Source of the DNA: Octopus vulgaris
Taxonomy: Eukaryota
Assembly (NCBI GenBank): GCA_951406725.2
Contig: OX597826.1
Span: forward strand, 34,658,001-34,722,000
Direction: 5' to 3'
Length of the DNA: 64,000 nt
Part shown: in pieces, positions 41,791-56,244 of the stretch
Position numbering within the stretch: position 1 is the first letter of the stretch
Layout of the letters: every line of letters starts with the position of its first letter
Program-made: the position numbers and the translations under genes
Notes under the pieces: generated by a model
Told to the model about the DNA's origin: nothing
The model's database searches: none
The model's input: only the letters and a program-made list of their open reading frames with translations

Positions 41791-42054
41791 TATATACGTA
41801 TATATGTAAGTATGTACATATACGTAAGTATATATGCATATATATATATATATATATATATATACATTTCTGTATGAATTAGAGGTTGAGAAACCTACTA
41901 AGGGATAGTACCTATCCAGTATAGTGCTGGTGGTAGTGTACCCAATTATTCATATCCAAGTGCTAGTTATTGCATGGCAACCTCGCATTTGGGCATTATA
42001 TGTGAGCGGGGGTAACAAGTGGTTTACCCTTAATTTATCCGTTTACTTATTTGC

Positions 42055-42103
<49 letters not shown>

Positions 42104-43599
42104 TGTGAGTGTGTGTACAGTTATGGAATTTGATAGAAATTGCTAGGCGTAATGTTATACCATAGAGGAAAAATGTAATAGTTACTAAGTACTAAGGAAG
42201 CTAAAGCACCTACATTGCTAGAAATAGCAGTTAAAATCTGTTAATGCTGTATATCGTACTCTTCCGACCTTACTATTCATACTTGTTTTGTAATTACATT
42301 AGTACTCTCAATGATGTTTCAGCAGTTAAATGAACAGTACCCTCAGTGTTATGTCAATTTATGGCATCCATGAATCTAACGAAACTCACACACACCATTA
42401 GTAAACTCGTTTGTTAACCCAAATCGCCAGAGAACTAAGGAAAGTGAGTTAGAATTTATACAGAAGCTGTAATAGGCCAATGGTCCCTTCTCAATTGCCT
42501 CCCCTGACATCAAAGGGTTTTCGCAGTGAGAAAGCTTTGTCTTCTTTGCTTCGAGCCATTACAAAACCGTTGAATTAAGCAGCAAAGTCAACAATGCGTC
42601 CAGTGCGTTATTCCACGCAAGCTAATCAGCAAAATAAGAAATTATACACGTAAATTGCAACGGTAGGCATAACATGTCGAAAACGTAAATATCAAAATAT
42701 AAACAAGCCAAGCCCTAGAGCAGCTATTGAATATTCATATATGAAAACTAAAGAACAATAACAAAATATAAGAACAAAGAATGAAATTTAAATAAGAAAA
42801 TGATATGAAAAACGCAAAGAATTCTGAACATGGAAGCCATTGAACGTGACATATATAATTAAAAATAATTAATTAATTTAACGCAGTGGAAGATCTCCCA
42901 AGATGAAATAGCAACAATAATTATTAAAAAAATGTAAACTTTGTTGAAATATACGAAATGAAAGCAGATACACACATCTCATTCACGAGGTTAAACGAAC
43001 TAATATATGCAACATCCACGCTTGTAATAAACGAAAGAGTGATACTCATACATGTGTGTGTCACACGTTGAAAACCAACACAGAAAACAAATATAAACAT
43101 CGATTTAAAAATATATACATATAAAGAAAAATATCTCAGTTACTAATTAAGTCAATTATGAAATAAATCAACATGAAAAAAAAAGGGAGAGACAAATTTT
43201 ACAAAAGAAGCATCCTATTTGAAAGAACGCTTGATAGAAGTGAATTCCGCTAAATCGCAAATAAAAGTATCCATCAATATGAAAATACAGATTCCCTTGA
43301 TCAAAACAAATAGTTCGTCGCTTATACAGAATATAATTTAATGTAGCACCACCAGAATTAGAAGTAAAAAAAATTAAAATAAAAACAATCCGAAGGAGAT
43401 TTTGCCTAATAAATGAATACACACGGAAATGATTGCTCAATTAACTAATGCATTGCTGGAACAGTAAAAGGAGACCACAACGACCTGATACGTTGTCCTG
43501 TCACTACATAAGTCATTCAATAGGAAAGCATGAGGATATGTTATGCTCCCGCAATTCTGGTTCAAATATTTAACATTGACTTATGAGATGTTAGTAGAA

Positions 43600-44440
43600 A
43601 TGTACAATATGCTACTGTTAGAGACGAAGTCAACACTTCATTGGCTAAAAAGGGTTATAGAATATCATTTTAATCACAAAGAATAATAAGGTAGCAATCC
43701 ATACATGTTACAAAACCATAATCCACCTTTATAAAGAATACGATTTGATTCCAGAGAAGCAGAAACGATGGAGGTAACGCTTATACGGCTTTAAATGAAA
43801 ATTACCAAATAACAAAACAATAACTAAAGTTGGAAAGAACATGAAGAATGAGTCGAATATAGTAAAGAATGACTTGCCGAACGATTTTCCACAGTAACCA
43901 GAAGGCGTGGATCTTGGAGGTATTAGCTATGCCTAAGGTAGCACCAATAATAAATAGATGTATTAACAATTTCATGAATATATGGTAAACAAGCTACAGA
44001 GGCAAACAAAGTGGGTATTTATGAAAACTAACTCGATTCTATTAGCTAAAAATACTGAAAAGCAACTCCCCCGTTCATTGCTTCTGTTCCGCCAATTGCT
44101 AACATATTTAACTAACATGCTAAACATGAATGAGCGCAGGTAAAATGAAATGAGAGGACAATCAACCATTAAGTAACACGATGCAGATGAGAATCAACAA
44201 GAAATTGTACTGGATATACAATATATTGATAAAATATAAGAATTGGTGGGAGAATCGGTTTAGAAATATGCGCCGATGAGGAGAGCAAAATTAATCAATA
44301 GGTATGATAAAAGCATTACAACAAATATAGACATGCAAATACTTGGGAATCAATAAAAACTCGATGTGATGCAACACAGAAATGAAAGAAAAGTTTAGGA
44401 TGGAATATTATGACGAATATTATAGCACATAAAACAGAAC
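43600..44440 (+). mobile_element. Heavily decayed RTE-like LINE reverse transcriptase fragment
   Basis: Collinear broken-frame motifs LIPEKQ (cf. ILPESQ), DLPNDF.TVTR..W (cf. DLTKAFDTVxRxxLW), FHEYM (cf. FHEGM) and LEICADE (cf. LLYADD). Confidence 0.5.
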
Positions 44441-44509
44441 TAAACGTAATATACTTAATAAGCAGTAATACTCACTCTAGCAGGCCGAATAATTGATTGT
44501 TATATTCGA

Positions 44510-45425
44510 GGGGAACAAACTGGCAGAATTTTTAGCGCGTCGGACACAAAGCTCGTTGGCATTTTTACCGGAACTTTATATTGTGAGCTTCAGAAAAGCG
44601 AAGTACAGCTTTGCCTTCCATACTTTCTGTATCGATAAAATGAATTACTATATTACAAAGAAAGAAAAAAAGGCAAAGCCGACCTCGGCGGAATTTGAGC
44701 TCAAGACGGAAAGACGGACGAAATTCCAGTAAATATTATGTCTGGGGTGCTAACAATTTTGCCATTTCACCACCTTTCTTTAAAATACCGTTTTGTATCC
44801 GGCAGGAATCGAACCAGGTCACTCCGCGTGGGAAGCGAGCTTTTTCCACTGAATCACACATGGCCGTTTAAAAGGATCAATGCTTTTTTCCGTACCAAAG
44901 GTTCATGTTGTAGGTTTCCCCAAATTCTGTGGCCTACATGTCCTCACCTCACTGGACAAAACACCGATCCATTGCAATGTTAGTCAATTTTTTTCCAGCG
45001 GAAGGAAGTGCTTTGCACAAGAACACAACACATTGGTCGGCCCAGAAATCGAAACCACTATCTTATGATCTGGTATGAAACACACAAACCACAGGGCACG
45101 TGCTTCCTCTTCACAACTAAAGCAACAACAACAAAATTGATTCTATATTACCCAACAGGGACCAAAGCAACAATAATAAAATAATACCTATATGATATTC
45201 ATACAGCTGTAAAGGGCGTCAACCGGAAGGAACGATGCCGCGTCGCGCAAAATGCTTTGAGACGTTTCGTACGTCTTTACGTTCTGAGTTCAAATTACAC
45301 CTTGGTTGACTTTACTTTTCATTCTTCCAGGATCTATAAAATGATCACCTGACAAGTACTGGGGCAGATTTAATCGACTTACTCCCTCCCCGAAATTACT
45401 GGCCTCGTGCCAAATTTTAAAAGCA
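44510..45425. mobile_element. Cluster of old SINE fragments: A(+) 44510-44640, A(-) 44670-44780, B-like head(-) 44800-44865, C-like(-) 45000-45105, A(+) 45220-45425
   Basis: Partial matches to the family heads and bodies seen elsewhere in the window. Confidence 0.65.
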
Positions 45426-47127
45426 GTAATAGTAGTTGTAATAATTGGTAGTTATAGTAGTTGTAGTAATAATTATAATAACGACATCAATATTAATAAT
45501 AATGATAATAATGCGCTGATTGTGATTACACGTTTCGTGGTAATCGACACGTAAACAGTGAATATTAACATATTTCTCCATCGCTGATACATGTTTCGTA
45601 ATTGTGTTTCACATTATGCAAATTAAGAGCATTAAATATATTTGTAGCTCTTATACGGGGGAACATTACGAAATATTTAATTCGAATATATACTGCGGAA
45701 TATCTATTAGAGCTGGCTAATAATAGATCAGCTATAACGTGTAGAAGCGTTTGAAATCACTCTGACACACAAATAACCATACATACCTCAATATTCAGTC
45801 TTGCGTACGCCGACACATCTACGTACACATAGAAAAGTAGATACATGGAAAAGTAGATACATAGAAAAGTAGATACGTACACACACATATATGCACGCAT
45901 ATATATATGCATATATATATATATATACGCATAAATATATAAATATATATATACGCATATATATATATAGAGAGAGAGAGAAAGAGAGAGAGAGAAACGT
46001 CAATATATATGTGCGTATATTTAAAATATATACATATATATATCAGCGTATGTGTGTATGTATTTCCATTAAATTTATATATATTCACACAAGAGACATA
46101 CGTATGCATGCACAAGAAAGAAATAAACACACTAAGATACAAACATGTATATATAAATATGCGTATAGAATATTATATTACAGAAAATTTCTTTATTTCT
46201 CATTCATTGAAATATATCGTGCTTACATGTAAGTACATGTTACAATGGACGGTTCGGTCCAAACAACAGCAGCAACAACAACAACAACAACAACAACCGC
46301 AACAACAACAATCAGAGCGAATAGCAGTAAAACACAATACGCTTCATCATCACCACCAACATCTCCTGATTATCATCAGCATCATCTTCATCATCATAAA
46401 CAGCGTCATCAGCAATAACAAGTACGGCTACATCAACATCACCGAACTCTCCAACTTTACGCTGCAAGGAACAAAGGTATTGAATGTTTCCATGAAACAC
46501 ACTTAAAAGATTAATGGTAACCATATATTTCAATGAAAAAAAAAAAAGCCAATAACGAAATATGACATCGACATTTGTAACAAAGAATCACTAGCAACGA
46601 TATTATCAACCGAAAAAAGATATTGAACAATAGACATAATATTAACAAAAAAATAAATCTCAGCAATAGCACAAGTATTAGCAAAAATGAACTAATAATA
46701 TCCTAATCACAAAGGAACAAATCGCAACTGTAATATGAAGAACGATTCTCTCGGAAGAATATGAGAAAACACAATACCAGAACCGTAGAAGAACGAGGGA
46801 CGATAAGAACTGTGTAAGACAAATATGAAACTAATATTAATAACGACAGAGACACAATTAGTGAAAGAGTGATTAGTGAAAGAGTAATAACTGCGAAACA
46901 TAAATAGCAACAACTCTGGGAATGTAGAAACAAGAGCAACAATACAAACAAAACAGACTTCATGGAAATGATATTAGCAAGAAGGAAACATCTAAAATGC
47001 CTTGGCGATAAAGTACACACACACACATACACACACACACACACACGTATACACATATATGTGTGATGTATGTGTCTGTGTATTTATATACATATACATA
47101 CATGTATATATGTTTGTATGTATATAT

Positions 47128-47350
47128 ATTTCTTTACTACCACTACCCACAAGGGGCTAAACACAGAGGGGACAACCAAGGACAGACAAAGGGATTAAGT
47201 CGATTACATCGACTCCAGTGCGTAACTGGTACTTAATTTATCGTCCCCGAAAAGATGAACGGCGGAATTTGAACTCGGAACGTAACGAGAGACGAAATAC
47301 GGCTACGCATTTCGCACGGCGTGCTAACGTTTCTGCCAGCTCACCGCCTT
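47128..47350 (-). mobile_element. SINE family A (young copy with small internal deletion)
   Basis: cccacaaggggctaaacacagaggggac...gaatttgaactcggaacgtaac...ctaacgtttctgccagctcaccgcct. Confidence 0.9.
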
Positions 47351-47593
47351 TGTATGTGTGTGTGTGCGTGTGTGTGTATGTGTGTGTGTGTTAAGGAAGA
47401 AAATAGACAAGTACACGATTAGCAGGCAATTAGATAAAGCAATACCAATTCTCTATATTGAGAACCTGGCTGTTGTTAGATGGGGTAAAGCCTGGTGAAT
47501 AAAGATAGCATGTGCGACCGTCAGTTTTTATGGTGGAACGCTACGCTTTTGCCATTCATAAAAGTGCCGCTTTTTTAAATAGGGTTTAAAGCA

Positions 47594-47769
47594 TAGGAGT
47601 AGGAGTGGCTGCGTGTTAATTTGCTTGCTTACCAATCACATGGTACCGGGTTCAGTCCCACTACGTGACACTTTGGGCAGATGACTTCTACCTAAAGCCT
47701 GAGCCGAACAAAGCCTTGTGAGTGGATTTGGTAGACGGAAACTGAAAGAAGCCCGTCTTATATATACAC

Positions 47770-47805
<36 letters not shown>

Positions 47806-48026
47806 ATGTTTGTGTGTCTGTGTTTGCCCCCCCCCCACACACACACACATCACTTGACAACCGATGCTGGTGTATTTACGTCCCCGCAAATTGGCGGTTC
47901 GGCAAAAAAGACCGATAGAATAAGTACTAGGCTTACAAAGAATAAGTCCTGGGGTCGATTTACTCGACTAAAGGCGGTACTCCAGCATGGCCAAATGACT
48001 GAAACAAGTAAAAGAGTAAGAGAATA
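47594..48026 (+). mobile_element. SINE family B, full length
   Basis: ggagtaggagtggctgcgtg...gggttcagtcccact...gaataagtcctggggtcgat...aaatgactgaaacaagtaaaagag. Confidence 0.92.
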
Positions 48027-48864
48027 AAGCTTTCACTGCGGTTAAAAGATGTATTCCGTAAATGTTTTATTAGGTTGTAGCCGCTGAAAATTGAAAGCAC
48101 CTACAGAATCTCACCCAAACACCAACCCATGGCTTTCTTGGACGGACCTCTGGTTTTGATTGTGGTTTTGCCACTACACCTTCAGTCCTTTGCATAAGCC
48201 TCTGCATCGCTTAACATTTTGTAAAACAAACCCATCCATCGTCATTATAGGATCCTTGAGAAAAAATTTAGATGCACACTTGTTCTAAGAAGTTCTTCCT
48301 TTTCAAGGTACAAGGTACCTATTTTCCAAGTTTAGGTACCTTTCCATGTCATTGCAAATAAAGATAAATAATCGAATGGGTTATATTTAGCTTCGGGGCA
48401 AATTTTTCAACCATAACAGCGTTAATTTGATCGTGTTCTGACAAAAAAGGTTTTCATTAAACTGTAAACAAAAAAAAAAAAAATAAATAAATAATTAAAT
48501 AATCGGAAGAATATGAGAAAACACAATACCAGAACCGTAGAAGTACGAGGGACGATAAGAACTGTGTAAGACAAATATGAAACTAATATTAATAACGACA
48601 GCGGCACAATTTGATTCTAAAGTTGAAATTGCTGTTCCAATTTCTTGCAAAACGTCTTCCGCTGCTCTGGGCACTATAAACAAATTTTCATGTTAACTCA
48701 TAAACATTTTGGATTGCTTCCGGCGAATCATTACCTTTTCTGATTTCATAAAGAAACAATGCACATTATATGTACTGAGGGTGTGTCTATTTTTAGGGGT
48801 AATTCATACTGTAACAGCATAAAGTAGAATTTGAATAATGCGCAAAATGTACACTATGTAATAT

Positions 48865-49086
48865 TAGTTTCAAATTTTGGCACAAGGCCTGCAAGTTCAC
48901 AGAACAAGGTAAGTCGATTACATAGACACCCCATCTCCGCGTACTCAACTGGTTCTTAATTTGTCGAACCCCATAGAATGAAAGATACAGTCAACTTAGT
49001 TGGAATTTGAAGTCAGAACATGAACACTGAAGAAATGATCTTAAGCATTTTTCTCGGTGTGTTAACGCTTCTGCCAGCTCGTCGTT
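48865..49086 (-). mobile_element. SINE family A (old)
   Basis: ttcaaattttggcacaaggcc...aagtcgattacat...ttctgccagctcgtcg. Confidence 0.7.
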
Positions 49087-49754
49087 TTAGAGTTCTATGT
49101 AACATTGATATCTATACATTATAAAACAACACAGAAATCCACCGAACTTCCAATTGGAAAGTCAGGCCATTACGTAATCAATCACGTAATATATAACACA
49201 CAGTGTCTCGGTCTCAAATACGAACTCACCATTATTCGTAAACCTGATAACATATTCTATTTCTTATAAAGTCACGATGACACAAAATATGTATGTGTCT
49301 CATTGCAGCCTCACAAAGGAAAAGATGTACACGAACACTCACATATATATACCTAGATACACACATACACACACACACACACACATACATACATACATAC
49401 ATACTTACAGGAGATACGAGCCTATAGGTGATGACAGATAAGTAATATGAATGCTTATATAGAGATATATGTGCAAAGATGAATATCTACATATGCTGAA
49501 GCATATGTGTGTGTGTGAATGTGTGAGTCAATGTGCGTATGTTTCTCTGTGTGATTGTAAAGATATAAATAATCTCAGTCTGTCTGGATAAAAACAGAAG
49601 CATCCATAAAAATCCCACCCAAATCTATTTTAATTTTCTTTGATTTCATATAAAGCCGGAATATATACAAAAAATAAATTTACCCAATCCACCAGAAGCA
49701 ATCCAGATATGTGTTTATGTCGCTATGTGAACGTACAGATGTATGTATATGCAT

Positions 49755-49808
<54 letters not shown>

Positions 49809-49997
49809 GTATATATATATATATATATATAAGTATATATACATACAAATGTATATATATATATACATATATATGTATACATATACATATATTTATATTT
49901 ACATACATATGGATATACATATATTTATATATAGATGTGTATATATATATATATATATATATAAATGTGTGTATAAATACATATGCATATATGTATA

Positions 49998-50049
<52 letters not shown>

Positions 50050-50226
50050 AGTGTGTGTGTGTATATATAAATATAAATATATATATACAAATCTATAAAC
50101 AATGATATTTAGAAATATATATATGTGTGTGTGTGTACGAGTGTATATACTGAAACAAACGCACCTACTGTACATATATGTATGGTATCAATAAAGCAGG
50201 TACAACTTACATTCGAATATATCCAC

Positions 50227-50292
<66 letters not shown>

Positions 50293-50793
50293 AATGGAAA
50301 TTTACAAGATTCCCTAACCAAAAACCGCATAAGTATGCACATCTTTGATGTTCTTAAGAGTGATATCACTGTAAGCCGAAAAGAAATATACAAAATTAGG
50401 AAAGCAAAATTCTATATACACATGAATATACATATATAAAAATTTATTTTATGTACGTGATTTCTTTTTTTAAACTCTCAGAAGAAGAAAGAATTCTCAG
50501 AACGTGAATGATATCCGAATGTACGGGGGAAACTATCTTGAATATTCTTCGGTAATGTTTTCCATCCTTTGTTAATTTCATCGCACGGAATAACAGAGGT
50601 GAGATGAGTGTACCGACGTGTATATATATGACTGATTGTGGCAATGTTTCTCTGATGCATTATGTTTGAGCATTTAAAAAGTGTATGCCTTTCAAATTCA
50701 AGTGTAAATCAAGGAACAACGATACAAGTCGAAACAGTATCGCCTCCATCTCTGGTAACAAAATTCTTTAAGAAACTAGCAACAACCACCAAC

Positions 50794-50840
<47 letters not shown>

Positions 50841-51504
50841 TATCGTCAAACAACATCAACCACCTCATTTCCGTCATCATGATCATCTTCATCGTCATCG
50901 TCACTATTTACATTATCTTCACTGAGGCAATCCTCGTCTTCGCAGTGGATGCCATCGTCGGCATTAAGGACATCGCCGTCGTGATAACCTTCCTCATGTT
51001 TTCCTCCTCATCACCACCACCATCATCGTCGTCATCATCGTTACCATATCAACGTCACCATCATCTTCATCATCGTCGTCACCAATCGAACAATGATGAC
51101 GATGACGACGACTACGACGACGAGAGTGTGATTCTAATCACTTTTACAATATTTTCCCTTAACTCTCACTCCTAACATATTCTTCTATGTCTTCTAGAAT
51201 CGATGAGTTATCGTTCTTTCGTCTTTGCACTTTCCAAGAGATAACAATGACATTTTACACACGCAGATATTGGTGTAGAAACCTACAGGCATACACATAT
51301 ACATGGAATCACATGAACAATTATATATATATAAGGGAATCTTGCTGTTTGCATGTGCATGTATATACACATATACACATGTATACACATGCATATATAC
51401 ATTCATATATACACGTGTATATATATATACACTCATACATAAATACATATATACACTCATACATAAATGCATATATATATTTACATATATGTGTGTGCAT
51501 ATAT

Positions 51505-51761
51505 ATATATTGGTAAAAACAGTAAGATAACAAAAGAAAGAAAGAGACCTCAATATTATGTAAATAGAGGAAATTTATCTGTAAAATAATATGTGACAAT
51601 TATTCAATAGCCAAGATAAAACTCTAAGTTGTGGAGGCCGAGGTGGAAATCCACAACACCATCTCTTCGGTTTTCTGATAACCGAAGAGATGGTGTTGTG
51701 GATTTCCACCTCGGTATCCGAAACTCAGTTTTATCTTGGCTATTGAATAATTGTCACATAT

Positions 51762-51768
<7 letters not shown>
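51505..51768 (-). mobile_element. Family H3 foldback element: 187-bp inverted repeat (51582-51768) plus unique tail, degenerate HHR in each arm
   Basis: Arms pair around the loop ttctgat (51673-51679). Plus-arm gataa-CCGAAGA-gatgg...tatcc-GAAACtcaGTT-ttatc. Homologous to 58493-58757 in the opposite orientation. Confidence 0.85.
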
Positions 51769-51815
<47 letters not shown>

Positions 51816-51840
51816 TGGCTATTGAATAATTGTCACATAT

Positions 51841-51911
<71 letters not shown>

Positions 51912-52195
51912 TATATATATATACACACATATATATATATATACATAGAATATAAGGATATTGTTTACAACACTGTCAGTGGCTTAGAGTGCGTAAAAAA
52001 CCAGAAAGGTAAATGATTATTTATTTATAATGAATGATGGCTAAGGTGGTCGAAACCTGGAAATCCCTATGAATAAAATTTTTTTCGAAGTATAATAAAT
52101 ATATAACAAAATATATGTGTGTGTTATACATATACATACACGCGTATATATATACACGTTTCTGTATATATACATATACATATATATAAATATGT

Positions 52196-52432
52196 GGAGG
52201 CACAATGGCCCAGTGGTTAGGGCAGCGGACTCGCTGTTGTAGAATCACGGTTTCGATTCCCAGACTCCGGCAGGGGGTGGTGGCGATCCCTGCTGTATTC
52301 TTTCGCCGCAGGCCTGCTCGCTTCGGCAGCGAGGTGGCGTCATCTAACGGCTAAAACAATGCGAAGCGCATTGTGACCAGCGATGTGTAGCAACCTCTGA
52401 TAGCCTGGTCGGTCACGGTGATCACGGTGATA
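52196..52432 (+). mobile_element. tRNA-derived SINE, family D
   Basis: A box tggcccagtgg, B box ggtttcgattcc, GC-rich body, tandem tail cacggtgatcacggtgat. Confidence 0.75.
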
Positions 52433-53693
52433 TATTAATGTACGTGTGCGTATGAATCTATATGTGGGAAACGATTGTGTATAACAAATGATATCAAAAA
52501 AAAAAGGAGGTCAAAAAGATGAAGGAATCTTATAACCATTGGTTTTATTTCTTGGGTGGCGTGCGCAATGAAGCATTATTTATTGGACTAAATGTGAGAC
52601 AATGATTAACAAAAATACAACAGAAATAAAAATATATCGAAAGATCTCAATATATTCATCTATCAAGTAAATAAACTTTAAATGCAAGTACCAAATGTTA
52701 TCTTATGTATTTAACTTCTTTGGCACTCACACATACACACATTTGCATTTATATGAAGGTGTGTCTATGTATTTATGTTTGTATGTTCGTATGTATTTAC
52801 ATAAATAACTATTGACGGACAAGTGTCATATATATATACTTATATCTATATATATATATATATATTTATATATACACTTATACATATGTACACAATATGT
52901 ACATAATAAATACAAATAAGATAAATAAATATATATATATATATATTCAAATATTTTTATGTATATGTACGCATGCGTATATGTAATCTTGTTCGTATGT
53001 GTGTGTGTGTGTGAACAACATATCGCAGAAATATTTATGTATTCAATTTTACTGGCGGTTGTTTACGAATTCTACAATGAGCTGATCATTGTAATGCTAA
53101 TATGAGATGAAAATATACGGAAATAAGGCGAAAAATTCATACAATTAAATATATTTGCATACATTATATATAAGAAATATATAAACAGGATATAAATAAT
53201 GGACAGGAAAAAAAATCGAAACTTTTAAATTGATAAATAGAGGAAAAAAAGAACATAAAACAAATGTTAACACGGTATTTAAAAGAAGATAAATTTTAAG
53301 TAATAATAACATAAGAAATCAAATCAACAACTTTACCTAAAATAAAAATAAAAAGTACAACTACGAAATAATAACTTTAAAAGATTGTTTAAGCTGACAA
53401 TGTTATTTAAGTTTACTATCGTATTTTTCTATTTTGTTTTCCTTTCAAACTGTCGTTTTAATACTAAATTGAATGTCTCTAGGTATTGATAGGAAGCAGA
53501 TGAGAAATTAATGAATCTGATATAAAACCCAATACAATGATAGAGAATTATAGGAAAAAAAATCAAACAAAATGAGTATATAGAATATTTGAAAATGAAT
53601 GTGTACTTGTAAATAAACTCATAGAATATATGTATTTATCTATTTACATGTATGTATCTGTGTGCGCATGTAAAAAAGTAAATATGTATGTAA

Positions 53694-53738
<45 letters not shown>

Positions 53739-53793
53739 GGTGTGAGACTATGTATATATTTTCGTGTATATATCATATATATAAACTAAACAT

Positions 53794-53978
53794 AGATTTT
53801 TTTCCTCTGTCTTCCCTTCTCTGGATCATTTCTTCTCCTATGTTTCCGACGAAGAGCTCCGCTCGAAACGTTAAGCCCTCCTTCTTTCCTTTTTTCCTGA
53901 GCGTCCAATGATACTGTATTTGTTCCACTTCCTCACGTTGTTGTGTTTTTTTTTGTGTTTTCTTGTTTGGATTAACCT
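53794..53978 (+). mobile_element. Family H1 element with minimal HHR
   Basis: gttt-CCGACGA(53846)-a-gagctccgctc-GAAAC-GT-T-aagc. Ends gtttggattaacc(ta)n. Confidence 0.85.
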
Positions 53979-54113
<135 letters not shown>

Positions 54114-54537
54114 ATATGTCATGTATTTTATTATCGATGAAATCTTCACCCGAAGTATATTGAAGGGTGCGGCGCGGAGCCCTACCATCTAACAACTTCA
54201 TAGGATCACTTGCGACTTTGTTGCGCGTTCAGTGGCTGATTGTCACGTATTGTTCTATATCTTGCCAGCTGGAACGAATTACTACTACCTGTAGTGGCGA
54301 TGTATCCACCACTGTAGATGGGCAAACATATCCCGAAACCGGCCTTTCTGCCTGTCCTGCCAAGGCGGTAGAAGTTGACAGGCGTTCGCTCCGCTGCTTG
54401 CAATATTAAAAAATGGTACTAAAGTCGGTTCGTACGGAACAGCCGTGTTGAAGTGACGCACTATTTTATATTTTCTTTTTGTAACATATTTCTACTATAT
54501 ATATGTGTGTGTGTGTGTATACATACATACATATATG

Positions 54538-54591
<54 letters not shown>

Positions 54592-54626
54592 TATATACAT
54601 ACATACTTATACATGCATACATATAT

Positions 54627-54687
<61 letters not shown>

Positions 54688-56193
54688 TAGACAGACAGGC
54701 AGACATATATACATACATACAAAGAAGCTGATAGAGCTGGTATTTGTTCAGAAATTGTGAGCTACTCTATTAAAGGAAATAGAAGAGGCACATCACCAAA
54801 GCCGAAACAAATACAATTCATGCATATAGGGTTACAAAAAATGGTTACGTTGCTCTCTGAATGGTGCTGCTGTTTTTGTATTTTATTAGTTAACACTGAA
54901 AACGTCATTTTCATCTATAAACTTTACGTGGAAGAGATCTAGTGATTCAGAGGCAAATATAGATTTATTAATATACACTCGTATAAGTTGAGGCTAAGCA
55001 TTTCTAGTTGCCTTGTAGAACATAACGTACTACTTCAGAGGAACAAAGTCTGTTCTAAGAGTCGGAGAGCAAACACAGAGAAAAAGTAAAAGCTTATGTA
55101 TGATATAGGGTTCAATATGAAATGAGTCGCAGATAATGAACGAGTTTGAGAAAAATATTAGGAACATAAGCATTAAAATTAAATATAGCAGACACGGTAA
55201 AAGTTGGATGCCTCTTAAGATTTTTATGAGATATAAACAGTTTTCATTGAGCCAAAATATCAATTTTCTGGTAATTCTGGTAGTTTTAAATACACCTTGT
55301 AAAATACCTAATTGCATTACTGCTATTTTTCTTTGTAACTCTCGTAGATGTCAATTTGTAAGATTGTTTGGAGTAATTTGAGAGAGATATAACCATTCTT
55401 ACTTGCCGCCTACTTGACCACACAGATGTTATCTTATTTGGCTTATCCTTTGTGGAGTTCTAAAAGAACCTAGCGATTCATTTAGTTTAGTTTGGTTTGG
55501 TTTGGTTCCAGAACGATAACAATAGTAGATATTATTGTTTCCACCAGAGACAAGGAAGGCACACTACATATGCGATGAATACAAAATATTAATCTACAAA
55601 TAAACACAAATAAGCAATATTTGAAATGTCAATATTTAAAATAATAGTATTATGCAGAAACCATGACAACTATTTATCAGATATCTAGATCTAGACGTAA
55701 GGTAGAAACATCTTAAGGAATACTTAAAACCCATTGTGAATTGTAAATTAATATACACTCACGAATTCCCGTTACACACACTTACTTAGAATTGTGTTTT
55801 AATTATTTGTAACACAGAAGATATTAATAATACTGACCAGTTCTGTACAACAGATGCTTAAGGTTAATATTACTCTCATTTGAGCGTTGTCAATTCTGCG
55901 GAAATTCAAATTGTCTGGAGAAATAAATGAATAACAAAATTTGTTTGCAAAAACCTTATATCTGAGATGCAGATTGACAAGAATTCGAAGTTGAATGTAG
56001 TATAACCAATTGATAATAATAAAATACTAATAGTAATAATAATAATAATAATAACACAAAAATAACGTAATACATAGTATTACAATCCAACATAAGTTGG
56101 GTGAGATTTACAAACATACTACGCAAGAATAGAATGTGAAAAATAACGTCGATTCTCAAATATATAAACATACACATTCACGTACACATATCT

Positions 56194-56244
<51 letters not shown>

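Noticed and set aside
46259-46460. Poly-Q/poly-H coding exon
   Set aside because: Degenerate (CAA)n/(CAT)n tract like those at 50850-51125 and 56465-56620, with no exon boundaries.
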